Below, in pieces: positions 1 to 11,600 of a stretch of 64,000 nucleotides of DNA (its first letter is position 1; each line of letters starts with the position of its first letter). Both the position numbers and the translations under genes were made by a program. The DNA comes from Candidatus Latescibacterota bacterium. GTDB taxonomy: Bacteria; Latescibacterota; UBA2968. The notes under the pieces are model-generated. The model had not been told where the DNA came from. It did not search any database and saw nothing but the letters and a program-made list of their open reading frames with translations. The DNA is taken from positions 5,088,001-5,152,000 of the forward strand of contig OZ220741.1 of NCBI GenBank assembly GCA_965116885.1. Direction: 5' to 3'.

Positions 1-2
1 GC

Positions 3-737
3 GATGGTTTTAATTCAATGGTCGCGCGCAAAGCGGGATTATACGCCCATGAATCCGTGCATTGGGTCGTAGCAATTCGGCGTTATTACGAAAATGTGGC
101 GGGTCTGGGAGATCAAATTGAGTTGCATTTTGTGGATGAAGTCTTGCCGGGCTATTTCTGGATTTTCCCACTGGAAAATGGGACAGCAAATGTGGGGATT
201 GGCATGCGTCACGATGTATTGAAAAAGCGGCGTGTGGATCTGAAAGTAGCACTGAATGAAGTAATCAACCGCTCGCCTTATGCCCATCGGTTCAAAAATG
301 CGCGTCCAACAGAAGACCCGGTGGGATGGAATCTGCCAGTGGGAAGTACCCGTCGAAAAAGTTATGGAAATGGCGTATTGCTTCTGGGCGATGCCGCGGG
401 ATTGATCGACCCCTTTACGGGCGAGGGAATTGGCAATGCCCTGTATTCCGCGCGTTTCGCCGTTAATGCCGTGCAGGAAGCCATTGCCGCAGACAATTAT
501 TCAGCGGCTTTTTTGAAGCGATATGAAGACCGATTATGGGATGCAATAGGCGATGAATTGGCAACAAGCACGCGAATGCAAAAATTGGGACAATGGCGTC
601 CCCTCCTCAATTTTACCATCAACAAAGCCGCCCACAACGACAAAGTCCGAGACCTAATCTGCGGCATGATGGCCAATGCCGTCCCCAAAAAACAACTCAC
701 CAATCCCCTGTTTTATTTGAAGCTATTGTTTAGTTGA
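3..737 (+). CDS. Geranylgeranyl reductase-family FAD-dependent oxidoreductase (5'-truncated by window edge)
   Basis: Frame open from the window start (DGFNSMVARK...). Motifs PGYFWIFP, ANVGIG and LLGDAAGLIDPFTGEGIGNAL are typical of the GGR/FixC family. Confidence 0.85.
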   Translation, partial: DGFNSMVARKAGLYAHESVHWVVAIRRYYENVAGLGDQIELHFVDEVLPGYFWIFPLENGTANVGIGMRHDVLKKRRVDLKVALNEVINRSPYAHRFKNARPTEDPVGWNLPVGSTRRKSYGNGVLLLGDAAGLIDPFTGEGIGNALYSARFAVNAVQEAIAADNYSAAFLKRYEDRLWDAIGDELATSTRMQKLGQWRPLLNFTINKAAHNDKVRDLICGMMANAVPKKQLTNPLFYLKLLFS

Positions 738-747
738 ACAAGCTGAC

Positions 748-2253
748 CTAACCAAACGCCTTTTGCAAATACCCCAAATCGAGTTCGGGATAAACCGGAA
801 ACCGCGCGAGGAGATTGGCGATCCTCTGTTGGGCGTCTTCGAGCACACCGTCCTGGACTCTGTATTGGACCTTGCTAAACTGGCCCGCACTTCTGCCTTT
901 CGTGAACCTCAATGGCCGCGCATGGGTCAGCACATTGCCCATGACCGCGCCGATCTCCTGCATCTCTTCCGTCCCCATACCAAGCGTCGTAAGCGCCGGT
1001 GTCCCCACCCTGAGACCACTGGTGTACCATGGACCATTGGGATCAAAGGGAATGGTATTTTTATTCAGCGTAATCCCGGCATCGCGGAGCAGGGTTTCGG
1101 CCTGGCGCCCCGTGAGATTAAAAGGCGTAACATCAATCTGCAACAAATGATTGTCAGTCCCCCCAGTAAGAACTGTAAGCCCCGCATCCATACACGCCTG
1201 TGCGAGCACCCGGGCATTATCGACAATACTGGCGGCATAAGCCCGAAATTCGGGCGTACTCGCCTCCTCAAACGCGACAGCTTTGGCCGCCATCACATGA
1301 GGCAGTGGACCGCCGAGCACCATTGGGCAGCCCTTATCGACCTGTTCTGCAAATTCTTCCGTACACAAAACCATACCTCCTCTGGGACCGCGCAGGGTTT
1401 TGTGTGTGGTCGTTGTAACGACATGGGCATGGGCAACAGGATCAAAATCGCCCGCGAAAACTTTGCCAGCAACCAGCCCGGCAAAATGCGCCATATCCAC
1501 CATAAAAACAGCCCCCACTTCATCGGCAATCTCCCGGAAAATGCGGAAGTTAATTTTGCGCGGATAAGCACTATAACCCGATAGAAGAATCAAAGGTTTA
1601 ACCGCTCTGGCTTGATCGCGGACTTCATCGTAGTCAATCAGACCAGATTCCTTATTCACCGTGTATGCATGCGCCTCAAACATACGCCCGGACACATTGA
1701 TGCGATAGCCATGCGTGAGATGTCCCCCGGATGAAAGATCCAGCCCCAGAAGCCTTTGATTGCCCAATTGCGTGCGAAGCGCATCCCATGCTTTAGTCGA
1801 AAGATCAAATGGCGATTTTTTCCCCATTTTTTCGAGTGCAACATCTTGAACGCGCCCCGAAAGAATCGCCCAAAAAGCGACCATATTGGCATCTGCACCC
1901 GAATGGGGTTGAACATAAGCGTGATCCGCACCAAAGAGATCGCACGCCAGTTTTGCAGCCTGGCTTTCGATCGCATCTACATTGTCGCAACCGGCGTAAA
2001 ATCGGTGATCGGGAATCCCCTCGGCGTATTTGTCAGTAAGCAAATTGCCCATAGCCAGTTGCGTGGGCAAAGAACAATAATTTTCGCTCGCAATCATCTT
2101 GAGATTCGAACGCTGGTCGGCCAACTCGCCCACAATATTTTTTGCCACATCGGGCGATACGGAAGCGACTTGCTCCAGCGCAGCCAAATAGGCGATAAAT
2201 CCGGGATTTGGAGTGGAATTTTGAGACAGATAGTTGGCAAGGGTGCTGGACAT
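748..2253 (-). CDS. glyA: Serine hydroxymethyltransferase (long form with insertion)
   Basis: [38 protein letters not shown] and the PLP lysine motif [13 protein letters not shown]; preceded by a ZTP riboswitch. Confidence 0.97.
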   Translation of the reverse strand: MSSTLANYLSQNSTPNPGFIAYLAALEQVASVSPDVAKNIVGELADQRSNLKMIASENYCSLPTQLAMGNLLTDKYAEGIPDHRFYAGCDNVDAIESQAAKLACDLFGADHAYVQPHSGADANMVAFWAILSGRVQDVALEKMGKKSPFDLSTKAWDALRTQLGNQRLLGLDLSSGGHLTHGYRINVSGRMFEAHAYTVNKESGLIDYDEVRDQARAVKPLILLSGYSAYPRKINFRIFREIADEVGAVFMVDMAHFAGLVAGKVFAGDFDPVAHAHVVTTTTHKTLRGPRGGMVLCTEEFAEQVDKGCPMVLGGPLPHVMAAKAVAFEEASTPEFRAYAASIVDNARVLAQACMDAGLTVLTGGTDNHLLQIDVTPFNLTGRQAETLLRDAGITLNKNTIPFDPNGPWYTSGLRVGTPALTTLGMGTEEMQEIGAVMGNVLTHARPLRFTKGRSAGQFSKVQYRVQDGVLEDAQQRIANLLARFPVYPELDLGYLQKAFG

Positions 2254-2281
2254 GGATGTTCTCCTCGTATTTGGCCCGATA

Positions 2282-2322
2282 CAAAAATAGCCCGGGCTGT
2301 GTGGATTTTCATAAGCCCAGGC
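2282..2322 (-). terminator. Intrinsic terminator forming the ZTP riboswitch expression platform
   Basis: Minus strand GCCUGGGCU...AGCCCGGGC followed by UAUUUUUGU; the 5' arm overlaps the aptamer's 3' hairpin. Confidence 0.75.
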
Positions 2323-2396
2323 GATCGGCTATCGGATAAAGAGCACTGCGCTTCCCCGTGGTCGATTCCACGTTCATTCGCCAGTCACGCAGACCC
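2314..2396 (-). promoter_or_regulatory. ZMP/ZTP (pfl) riboswitch upstream of glyA
   Basis: Minus strand reads GCGUGACUGGCGAA...GUGG...CCACGGGGAAGCGC...GCCGAUCGCCUGGGC, matching the pfl consensus 5' core and 3' hairpin; glyA is a canonical target. Confidence 0.9.
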
Positions 2397-2443
2397 TTGT
2401 CAAAAATCAATATACAGAATTGCAGACCAAAGTCAACGGTTTG

Positions 2444-3871
2444 TTAGGGCGTAAAAAAACGCCAGCCCCACAGAATAAGGGGATATCCCGCAACAAAAAT
2501 GACACGCGCAATAACACCCTCTATTGACGTATCGTGGAGATGAGGTGATAAAACGACAAAAACCACCGCCCCCGCAATACATATTTTCCCCAAACGCCCG
2601 TACTCGTAGGGAACCGGATAAAACCGACGCACGATGAGATAAAGCAAAACCGCCATTAAAACATGCGCGATAAGCGTACTATAAGCAGCGGCAATAAATC
2701 CAATTTTGGGCAAAAGAAAAATATTGATAGCGATATTCACACACGCCCCCGTCCCCACAATAAACGGCAGAGATCCCGCGCGACCTTCGGCATATACACC
2801 CGCGGTGAGAATGATATAAAGACCGTGAAAGAAAAATGCCAGCCCCACCAGGGGCACAACCCGTATGCCTTCGAGATAAGTCTGTGCATTGTCACCGGCA
2901 ATCAGAACGATTATTTCGCGTGCAAAAGTGGCTAAAATTAGACAGCCAAAAATGCCGAATAATGTGAAATACGTGGTGACACGCGCACACATCTGACGCG
3001 TGTCATCCTCTGTATTTTCATCATCGGTTTCATCGAGCACAGCAGGTGCCCAGGCCGAGCGAAACGCTTTAACCACAAAAAAGATGGGCAGGCCGAGTTT
3101 ATACGTAATACCGTAAATACCCAGATCGTCGAGATCGAGAAAAAATCGGATCAGAAAGCGGTCAGACAGACTGATCATGAGGAAGGAAAAAGCTGAAGGT
3201 ACAAAGGGCAGGCCAAAACGCAGAAGCTCGCGCAACGCGCGCATATCAAAAGTTGGACGAATTAAGCGCAGTCCAATGGGAAACATGACAATAAGTGCAA
3301 AGAGAGAACTGATGAGATTGGCTTCAAAAACCGCGATTGGCCCACGTCCGAGACCTGCGATAAAATAAGCGGTGAGACCGAGTTGTAGCGTGTGTTGAAT
3401 CACCCGCACAATCGCATAGTGAAAAGACCGCTGTCGGGCGCGACAAAGCGTGAAAAGGGGTTCTGACAGCGCGTCCAAAAGGACAACGGCGGCAATAAGT
3501 TCGAAGATCGCACTGTAATCCGAACTGCCCAAAAGATGATGCGCGAGACTCTCCGCATTGATCCAGACCAGACTCGACAGAATAACACCTGTGGCAAACA
3601 GTGCCAAAAATGCAGAGCTAAATGCTGCGCGATATTTGCCGAGATCGGCCTTGCCAGATAAGAGGCGGACCAGCGCGGGATTGAGACCGAGAGAATAAAA
3701 AACCGCGCTAAATCCGATAAATGCAAATGCCAGGGACAAAATGCCATTATCAGCAGGTGTGAGATGTCTGGCATAGATGGGTACGAGCAAAATGGACACA
3801 GCGCGACCGAGCAGATCGCCCATGCCATAGACCGCCGTGTGTCGTGCGAGGGATTTAATTCGAGAGAACAT
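2444..3871 (-). CDS. Polysaccharide biosynthesis flippase (Wzx/MOP superfamily)
   Basis: Highly hydrophobic 475 aa; N-terminal 'ARHTAVYGMGDLLGRAVSILLVPIYARHL', 'ELLRFGLPFVP' and 'SDRFLI' are typical of O-antigen/EPS flippases. Confidence 0.85.
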   Translation of the reverse strand: MFSRIKSLARHTAVYGMGDLLGRAVSILLVPIYARHLTPADNGILSLAFAFIGFSAVFYSLGLNPALVRLLSGKADLGKYRAAFSSAFLALFATGVILSSLVWINAESLAHHLLGSSDYSAIFELIAAVVLLDALSEPLFTLCRARQRSFHYAIVRVIQHTLQLGLTAYFIAGLGRGPIAVFEANLISSLFALIVMFPIGLRLIRPTFDMRALRELLRFGLPFVPSAFSFLMISLSDRFLIRFFLDLDDLGIYGITYKLGLPIFFVVKAFRSAWAPAVLDETDDENTEDDTRQMCARVTTYFTLFGIFGCLILATFAREIIVLIAGDNAQTYLEGIRVVPLVGLAFFFHGLYIILTAGVYAEGRAGSLPFIVGTGACVNIAINIFLLPKIGFIAAAYSTLIAHVLMAVLLYLIVRRFYPVPYEYGRLGKICIAGAVVFVVLSPHLHDTSIEGVIARVIFVAGYPLILWGWRFFTP

Positions 3872-3881
3872 AATTCACCGC

Positions 3882-6326
3882 TCAAAGCATCGACATCGGA
3901 TCGACATTGATCGCCAGGGTGACACCACGAGACCGGCGTTTGTTGGGAGCAAATTGCGAGGCGGCACTGCGGGCGGCGGCATTGAGATGACTGTGCGAAT
4001 CGGACTTGAGCAAAACCTGCCAGCGGTAAGTGCCCTGGATGCGTGCGAGAGGAGCCTGTACAGGTCCCAGAATTTCGACATCGGGGGGTGTTTGTCCGCG
4101 CAAATTCTGCGCGATTATGCCAGCCGCACGCGCGACTTCGTGTTCATCTTTGCCCTTAAAAAGCAAAAGCACCACGCGCCCAAAGGGCGGGTAACCGAGG
4201 CTCTGACGCGCATTGAGTTCGCGTTGTGCAAAAGTTTCAAAATCGTGACCCTGCGCGCATTGCACGGCTTCGCCATCGGGCATATAAGTTTGAATAACGA
4301 CCTCCCCCGGAATCTCGCCCCGCCCGGCGCGTCCACTGACCTGAGTCAACAATTGGAATGTGCGTTCGCTGGCGCGAAAATCCGGCAGATGGATACTCGT
4401 ATCCGCAGAAATAACACCGACGAGTGTCACGCCGGGAAAATCGAGTCCCTTGGCGATCATCTGCGTACCGAGCAAAATATCGGCTTCACCTCGAGAAAAG
4501 CGATCGAGGATGCGGTCATGCGCGCCCTTGCGGCTCGTGGTATCCACATCCATTCGCAAAACGCGCACCCCGGGAAATTGCGCTTCGAGGGTCTCTTCAA
4601 CGCGCTGCGTCCCCACACCGAGAAAATGAAAATTGCTGCTGTGACACGACGGACACGTCGAGGGCGATGGCTCAATATAACCGCAATAATGGCATAGCAT
4701 CAGGCGTCGGGTCGCGTGATAGGTCAGAGTAACCTGGCAGTGATCACACTGGAAACTTTCTCCACAGTCAGCGCATTGAACCGCAGGCGCGTACCCGCGC
4801 CGGTTTTGAAGCAAAATGGTGCGTTGACCCTTTTCAATGCGTTCGCGCATCTTTTCCCGAAGCGGACGAGAAAATAAGCTGCCACCTTCGTGTCGCATAT
4901 CCACGAGTGTGACAGTAGGCAATGGGCGATTATCGATGCGCTCTGGCAATATGAGTTCGTTGAATTTTTCCGTCTGTGCATTGTGATGCGACTCGAGAGA
5001 AGGGGTTGCCGATCCCAGTACAATGGGCAAATTTTGCAGATGGGCGCGCATCACAGCCACATCCCGCGCATTGTAGCGAGGTGCGGGATCGTCTTGTTTG
5101 TACGAACCATCGTGTTCTTCGTCGATGATGATAAGACCCAGATTTTCCACAGGTGCAAAAATAGCTGAGCGCGCACCAATAACAACGGCGCGTTTCCCTT
5201 TGCGAACCTCGCGCCAGGCATCGTAGCGTTCCCCAGGGGACAATGCACTGTGCAAAACTGCGACGCGATCGCCAAAATGGGTGCGAAAACGGCGGACGGT
5301 CTGCGGCGTCAGAGTGATTTCCGGCACCAGAACAATCGCGCCTTTTCCCGATGCGAGTGCGTGTGCAACCGCCCGAATATAAACCAGCGTTTTGCCGCTA
5401 CCCGTCACCCCGCGCAAAAGGTGAACCCGAAAGACATTTTCATCAATGCTTTGGCCAATCGCCTGGATACCCCGCGCTTGATGGGGCGTAAGCGTTACAT
5501 CCTCTGGCTGAGGAAGATCGGCATCGGCATAAGGGTCACGCACCACTTCGCGGTCCATAAAACAGATCAAATTGCGCTTGGCCATTTCTCTCAGTACACC
5601 CGACGAAATCCCTTCTGCGGACAGTTGTGCGGTCAACAGAGGGCGATTTGCCGAACGCAGAAGACGAATACATTGCGCCTGACGGGGAGCGCGTTTTTCC
5701 AGTGTGGGCAATTCCAGATCAAACCAGCGCGGATCATTGGGCACAAGTGCCACTGCGCGCTGGGTTTTTGTTTTTACTTTTGGTGCTGACATCTTTTGAA
5801 ACGCGACCAGAACGCCCCGCCTCAAAAGGCCGTATATCGCGGGCTGTACGCCCTGTTTGCCCAATCGGTTTTGAAGTTGACGCATCGATGCCGAACCGAG
5901 TTCGCCCAATGCAGTGACGACCTCGCGCTGGCGTGGGGAAAGCAGGCGACTGATCGCGTCGTCAAAGTTTTTTTCAAGGGCAAAATGCTGCCCACTATCC
6001 AGGTGAATACCCGATGGAAGAGCCGCAGAAAGCACTTCCGAGAGACTGCATAGATAATACCAGGCCATCCACTTGCACAATTCGAGCATCGGCGGTATTA
6101 CAAGCGGGTAGGAATCGAGGATTTGGGCAATGGTCTTGACGCGATTGGAGGGCAGATCACACGTTTCGCAAAAGCCGACGACAATACCCGTAACCCAGCG
6201 TTCTCCAAAAGGAACGAGAACGCGGTAGCCCGTTTGCAGATCGTTCTGGAGATCGTCGGGAATGCGGTAGGTAAATGTATCGAGGGACGTGCCCAGAGGA
6301 ACGATGTGTGCAAAGGGATGCGCCAT
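3882..6326 (-). CDS. priA: Primosomal protein N'
   Basis: GVTGSGKT, LVPEITLTPQ, DEEHD, four CxxC zinc ligand pairs, GTQMIAKGLDFP, QVSGRAGR. Confidence 0.97.
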   Translation of the reverse strand: MAHPFAHIVPLGTSLDTFTYRIPDDLQNDLQTGYRVLVPFGERWVTGIVVGFCETCDLPSNRVKTIAQILDSYPLVIPPMLELCKWMAWYYLCSLSEVLSAALPSGIHLDSGQHFALEKNFDDAISRLLSPRQREVVTALGELGSASMRQLQNRLGKQGVQPAIYGLLRRGVLVAFQKMSAPKVKTKTQRAVALVPNDPRWFDLELPTLEKRAPRQAQCIRLLRSANRPLLTAQLSAEGISSGVLREMAKRNLICFMDREVVRDPYADADLPQPEDVTLTPHQARGIQAIGQSIDENVFRVHLLRGVTGSGKTLVYIRAVAHALASGKGAIVLVPEITLTPQTVRRFRTHFGDRVAVLHSALSPGERYDAWREVRKGKRAVVIGARSAIFAPVENLGLIIIDEEHDGSYKQDDPAPRYNARDVAVMRAHLQNLPIVLGSATPSLESHHNAQTEKFNELILPERIDNRPLPTVTLVDMRHEGGSLFSRPLREKMRERIEKGQRTILLQNRRGYAPAVQCADCGESFQCDHCQVTLTYHATRRLMLCHYCGYIEPSPSTCPSCHSSNFHFLGVGTQRVEETLEAQFPGVRVLRMDVDTTSRKGAHDRILDRFSRGEADILLGTQMIAKGLDFPGVTLVGVISADTSIHLPDFRASERTFQLLTQVSGRAGRGEIPGEVVIQTYMPDGEAVQCAQGHDFETFAQRELNARQSLGYPPFGRVVLLLFKGKDEHEVARAAGIIAQNLRGQTPPDVEILGPVQAPLARIQGTYRWQVLLKSDSHSHLNAAARSAASQFAPNKRRSRGVTLAINVDPMSML

Positions 6327-6335
6327 AGAAACAAA

Positions 6336-7283
6336 CTATCGGCCGATCTGCGGGCCATCGTCGAGTTCTTCGACTTTGATAAGAGTGCGGGAAATGGTCA
6401 AGCGAAGGTCGCGATCGGGTGGGCTGGCAAATTCGAGAGGCTGGTTCTGCAGTGAAAGCGAAATTGAGCCAGCACGCTGTATCTCCACTTGAAAGTGGTC
6501 ATGGGCCAGCCAGCGTTGCTCCATGCCGGGTGAAAGCACACCAGCAAAAACCCCGCGACCATCGGCAGTAATGGATAAATGCACGGTTTCACTTGCAACG
6601 CCAGAAAGAGTCATGATTTCCTCCGCGGCAATGACGCTGGGAATAGGCAAATTATATGTGGATAGCACAGCGAGTGCTGGTTGGGAAGTTGGCGTCTCCT
6701 CCACAATATCCGATGGCGTCACCTGATTTTCCGATAGAGGTTGAGATGGCATAACAGACTCCGTGCTATCTCGTAGTTGCATCTCTTGCACGAATTTCTC
6801 ACTGTCCTTCTCTTCTTCGGAAATATTTATTTGTTCGGGTAAGATAACCGATTCCGTACTATCTGGTATTGGAAGTCGTGATGTGGTTGTATCAAGCGGC
6901 GCTGTGAGCGGTGTTTCTTCACGCGAGTTGAGAATGATGATCACCACTGCAATCACCGCGAATGCGAGCAATGAAATAAATATTGCGCTGCGGTTTATCC
7001 CGCGTTCTGGAGAGGACGGCACTGGGGGCCGCTCACGCGGTAGCGCAACACTTCTGTCAAAGCGAAACAGGATATCCTGAACGTCGAGGTTGAGTTCTTG
7101 GGCATATGTCTTGAGAAACAAACGCGCGTAAGCTACGGGCAATAAATTGAATTGTCCCGCTTCGAGCACTTTGATAAACTCGGGATTAATCCGCGTGTGT
7201 TCATAAATATCACCGATACTCAAACCCAAATTTTCGCGCTGCGTTTTGAGTAATTCACCAATGTCTTGTTTTTTATCTGTCAT
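6336..7283 (-). CDS. rodZ: RodZ-like cell-shape protein (HTH, TM, DUF4115-like)
   Basis: N-terminal HTH (IGELLKTQRENLGLS...YARLFLKTYAQELNLD), one TM helix, low-complexity linker, beta-rich C-terminus. Confidence 0.8.
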   Translation of the reverse strand: MTDKKQDIGELLKTQRENLGLSIGDIYEHTRINPEFIKVLEAGQFNLLPVAYARLFLKTYAQELNLDVQDILFRFDRSVALPRERPPVPSSPERGINRSAIFISLLAFAVIAVVIIILNSREETPLTAPLDTTTSRLPIPDSTESVILPEQINISEEEKDSEKFVQEMQLRDSTESVMPSQPLSENQVTPSDIVEETPTSQPALAVLSTYNLPIPSVIAAEEIMTLSGVASETVHLSITADGRGVFAGVLSPGMEQRWLAHDHFQVEIQRAGSISLSLQNQPLEFASPPDRDLRLTISRTLIKVEELDDGPQIGR

Positions 7284-7911
7284 AGATGGTTGTATTCCCG
7301 TTATTTGTTAGATCTATTTCGGGTATAATCGCCCAAAGCGATTGCCCGACCAGACGGTGATAAAGGCTCCAAAAGCTGGCAAGCGGCAAGCCCACCACAT
7401 TGTAGAAGCAGCCAGAGATGGATTGAATAAATGCAGATGCACGCCCCTGCGCACCATAAGCACCGGCTTTGTCCATAGAATCTCCAGTGGCGACATAGCG
7501 CGAGATATCCTCCGATGAGAGCACGCGCATGGTGACGTGAGTAGTAGCAACCTCTGTGAGGGTCTGTCCAGTTTCCGTATCTGTGAGAGCCAACCCTGTA
7601 TAAACCTGATGGGTTTTTCCCGAAAGTTGCGCCAGCATGTCTTCGGCGTGTTTGGCGTCATTCGGTTTCTCAAAAATCGCATTTTCCAATACCACAACAG
7701 TATCGGCACCCAAAATGAGCGCGTGGTCAAAACGATGGGCAACTGCCTGTATTTTGCGCTGTGCGATTTCCCGCACATATTCATCGGGTGGCAAAATGGT
7801 ATCCAAAGACTCATTCGCATTGCTCGGCGCGATCTCAAATGGAACATCCAACAAACGCAACAAATGCGCACGCCTGGGCGAGGCAGACGCGAGAATCAGT
7901 CTCTTATTCAT
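7273..7911 (-). CDS. maf: Maf nucleoside triphosphate pyrophosphatase
   Basis: [36 protein letters not shown]. Confidence 0.95.
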   Translation of the reverse strand: MNKRLILASASPRRAHLLRLLDVPFEIAPSNANESLDTILPPDEYVREIAQRKIQAVAHRFDHALILGADTVVVLENAIFEKPNDAKHAEDMLAQLSGKTHQVYTGLALTDTETGQTLTEVATTHVTMRVLSSEDISRYVATGDSMDKAGAYGAQGRASAFIQSISGCFYNVVGLPLASFWSLYHRLVGQSLWAIIPEIDLTNNGNTTIYDR

Positions 7912-8363
7912 ATCTCTGAGTCAATCATCAATGTAACGGGGCCTGTATTGTGAATTTCGACCTGCATATACGCGCCAAAAACGCCGGTTTCAGTATGAAT
8001 GCCAAGAGCGCAGAAGCGCTGGATAAATTGCTCGTACAGGGATTTGGCAATATCTGGCGGAGCAGCCCGATTAAAACTCGGACGGCGACCTTTGCGGGTG
8101 TCGGCGTGCAGGGTAAATTGTGAAACCACCAGCGCCTGCCCACCCGTGTCGAGCAGGGATCTATTCATTTTTCCACGATCGTCCTCAAAAATTCTCAAAT
8201 TTGCACATTTCTCAGCAACATATTCCATATCCGGCAGACCATCGGTATCGCTAATACCCAGCAAAATCAAAAGACCGCCATCAATTTGCCCAACAATTTG
8301 TTCTTCAACGCGAACCGTTGCCACACACACCCGCTGAATCAATGCCCGCACGCTACCCTCCAT
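7908..8363 (-). CDS. dtd: D-aminoacyl-tRNA deacylase
   Basis: RALIQRV, LRIFED, SQFTL, KGRRPSF, GPVT. Confidence 0.96.
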   Translation of the reverse strand: MEGSVRALIQRVCVATVRVEEQIVGQIDGGLLILLGISDTDGLPDMEYVAEKCANLRIFEDDRGKMNRSLLDTGGQALVVSQFTLHADTRKGRRPSFNRAAPPDIAKSLYEQFIQRFCALGIHTETGVFGAYMQVEIHNTGPVTLMIDSEI

Positions 8364-8385
8364 TGCTTAAGATGCATGTATCATT

Positions 8386-8422
8386 TATAACTTATTTATG
8401 GCATGTGTGCAAGGTGAAAGAT
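8386..8422. repeat. Left copy of 37-bp imperfect direct repeat (overlaps a putative minus-strand promoter of dtd)
   Basis: tataacttatttatggcatgtgtgcaaggtgaaagat; 32/37 identical to 16125-16161. Minus strand TTGCAC-17 nt-TATAAA. Confidence 0.8.
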
Positions 8423-8506
8423 GTAGGAGGAGTGAAATGTGAAGTTGTCATCGCGGCATGGTGTTGAGCCGCGATCCATTAACGGGAACACAACGAGCCA
8501 AACGGC

Positions 8507-8535
8507 TTGTCTTTTATTTCAGATATTCATATTAT
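8507..8535 (+). promoter_or_regulatory. Putative sigma70 promoter of the RND-P450-SMT unit
   Basis: TTGTCT (8507-8512), 17 nt spacer, TATTAT (8530-8535). Confidence 0.5.
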
Positions 8536-8605
8536 GGACAGCCATAAGATTTTAGAATCTGTTGTAAAACAAATTCTCAGGGTTATTCAGCCTGAATGAG
8601 GAAAA

Positions 8606-11600
8606 ATGAACACAGATGACAATTTCCACGGGGAACGCCCCGGACCGATAGCCTACATGGCTGGCAACAGTGTAGCCGCCAATCTATTGATGTGGGCTAT
8701 CATCGCCGCCGGGCTGGTATCGCTGACCGGACTCGACCGGGAAGCGTGGCCCACCACTCCCTTCTACCATATTGAAGTGTCGATGGCCTATCCCGGCGCC
8801 ACACCGGAGGAGATCGAGGAGTCGATCGTCGTCAAGATCGAAGACCAGGTCAGTGGATTGGATGACGTGAAGGCGGTCAAGTCCGTATCGGCTCCGGGTA
8901 TCGCATCCGTGCGGGTTCAAATGGATTTCGATACGGACATGGCTCGGGCGTTAAACGATATCGAGTCTGCCGTCAATCGCATACAGTCTTTCCCTGCCAG
9001 TGCCGAACGTCCCAGTTTCAAGGAGATGACCAACCGCATGAGCATGATGCGACTCATTGTTTATGGCGATGTGCCCGAGCGTGCGCTGAAGGAATTGGCG
9101 TATCAGATCAAGGATGAACTCACGGCTCTTCCCTCCGTCTCCCAGGTCGAGGTCAGCGGTATTCGGAAATACGAGATCTCTATCGAGGTACCGCTTCATC
9201 GGCTAAGAGCACTTGGACTCACCCTCACCGACATAGCCAACACGATTCGTCGCAGTTCCCTGGACTTGTCTGCCGGCAGTATCAATACCCGGGAATCCCA
9301 GGTGCGGGTCAGGACCCTGGGGCAGAACTACGACCAACAGGATTTCGAAGATATCGTCCTTCTCAGCAGCAGCGATGGCACAGTCCTGCGGCTTGGCGAT
9401 ATCGCCGAGGTTCGCGACGGCTTTCAGGAAACCGACCTGATTGTCCGGCACCAAAATCATCCCGCTGTGTTCGTCGAGGTCTTCCGGGCCGATGGTGAGC
9501 AAGTGATGGATGTCGCCACGACCGTTCGGGAGCACCTGGCGAACGAGGTGATCCCGTCCCTGCCCGACGAGGTGGGCGTCAGCATGTGGAATGACGAATC
9601 CCAGGTCTATGAGGAACGCGCCGATCTTCTCCTCAAGAACGGTATTCTGGGCCTGTTGCTGGTCTTGATCGCCCTGAGCCTGTTTCTCGAAATCCGGCTC
9701 GCGCTTTGGGTCGCCGTGGGCCTCGCCGTTTCGGGAATCGGCGCCCTCGCCATCATGATGGCATTCGACGTGGCGATCAACACCATCAGCCTGTTCTCCT
9801 TTGTCCTCGCCATAGGAATCATCGTCGACGATGCCATCGTCGTGGCCGAGCACATTCAATACGAACGCAAGCGGGGAACACCCGGAGTCACGGCCGCGAT
9901 TCGCGGCGTACGGCGGATCAAGGTGCCGTTGACGTTCGCAGTTCTGACGTCGGTGGTGGCCTTCGTCCCGTTGCTGTTCATTCCCGGCGGCGTCGGTGAG
10001 GTGTGGCGGGCCCTGCCGATCATCATGATCGCCATGCTGCTGGTTTCCCTGGTCGAATCGCTGCTGGTGCTGCCCAACCATCTGTCCCACCTGCACGGCC
10101 CGGAGTGGGTGCCGGCCAATGCCTTCGACCGGTTCTTCGCGCGGCTCCAAGGGCGCGTTGACGCGCTGCTGAACAGGTTCGTCCAAGGCCCGCTGGACCG
10201 GGCCCTGCAGTTCGCCACCGACCAGCCCGCGGTGACGATGTCGGGGGCTGTGGGAATGCTCGTGCTGAGCATCTCCCTATTGCCCGCGGGAATCGTTCCT
10301 ACCACGCTGGCCGCTGACGTGGAGGGGGATATCGCGACGGTCGTCCTGGAGATGCCCGATGGGGCGACCGCTCCGAGGACGTACGAAGTGGCCCAGGAAC
10401 TGGAGGCCGCCGGCCACCGGGTCATCGAACGACTCTCGCGCGACCGGCCCGGGGACGCGCCACCGCTGCTGACCGGCGTAACGGTGACCGTCGGACAGGG
10501 CTCGAGACTCGCGGGCGGGCTCAATCCGGAGCCGACCCTCAATCCGCAAGCCAACATCGCCACCATTGAGTTCAAACTCCTGGGCGCCCAACAGAGAGAA
10601 ATCTCCACCGGAGAGGTCGTGCAGGCATGGCGGGAAGAGGTGGGGGTGCTGCCCTACGTACGCGGCATCACCTTCAGCGGCGAGGCCTTCGACTTGGGCA
10701 ACCCGGTGGAGGTTGTGTTGTCGCATCCGGACCCGGAGCACCTTGCCCGGATTGCAAACTCCGTGGTCAATGGACTCCGCGGGGTGGGAGGCGTTTTCGA
10801 CATACGTTCAGACCACACCCCGGGCATCCCGGAAGTTCAACTCGGGTTGCGGCCAGAAGCGCGAACCCTCGGTCTCACACTCGACGATCTGGCCGGGCAG
10901 GCGCGAGCCGCATTCTTCGGCGCAGAGGCCATCCGGATACAGCGCGGTCGGGAGGAGGTCCGGGTCTATGTGCGCCTGCCCTCCGATGAACGAAAATCCA
11001 TCACCGATGTCGAAGGATACCTGCTCCGTACGCCGGGCGGGGCCGAGGTCCCGGTCCTGAGTGTGGCCTCCCTGAACCCGGGGGTGTCGCCGCCGGCCAT
11101 TCGACGGAAGGACGGCCAGCGCGTCGTCACGGTCACTGCGGACGTGGATGCTTCGGTGATTTCAGGCGACGAAGCCAACGACATCCTGACCAATTCGATC
11201 CTCGCGGATTTGACCACCCTGCACCCGGACCTGACATACAGCTTCGGAGGGGAACAACAACAGCAGCTCGAATCCCTGGATGCGCTGTATCGCGGATTTG
11301 CGATTGCCCTGCTCTTGATCTTCGCGCTGCTCGCCATCCCCCTCCGATCCTATACAAAGCCGTTCATCATCATGGCCGTCATCCCCTTCGGGTTCATCGG
11401 AGTGATCCTGGGGCACTGGGTCCTGGGAGTAGCTCTGAGTGCCGTATCTTTCATGGGTATCTTCGGCCTGAGTGGGGTGGTCGTGAACGATTCCCTGGTC
11501 ATGATCGATTTCATCGATCAGAGAATCGGAGAAGGTACCTTGGCAAGGACGGCGATCGTGGAGGGCGCCAAGGGGCGCTTTCGTCCGATCATGCTCACTT

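Noticed and set aside
3..737. GGR-family reductase as part of the sterol pathway
   Set aside because: Host-like composition, outside the repeat-bounded island and separated from it by six housekeeping genes; no evidence of linkage.
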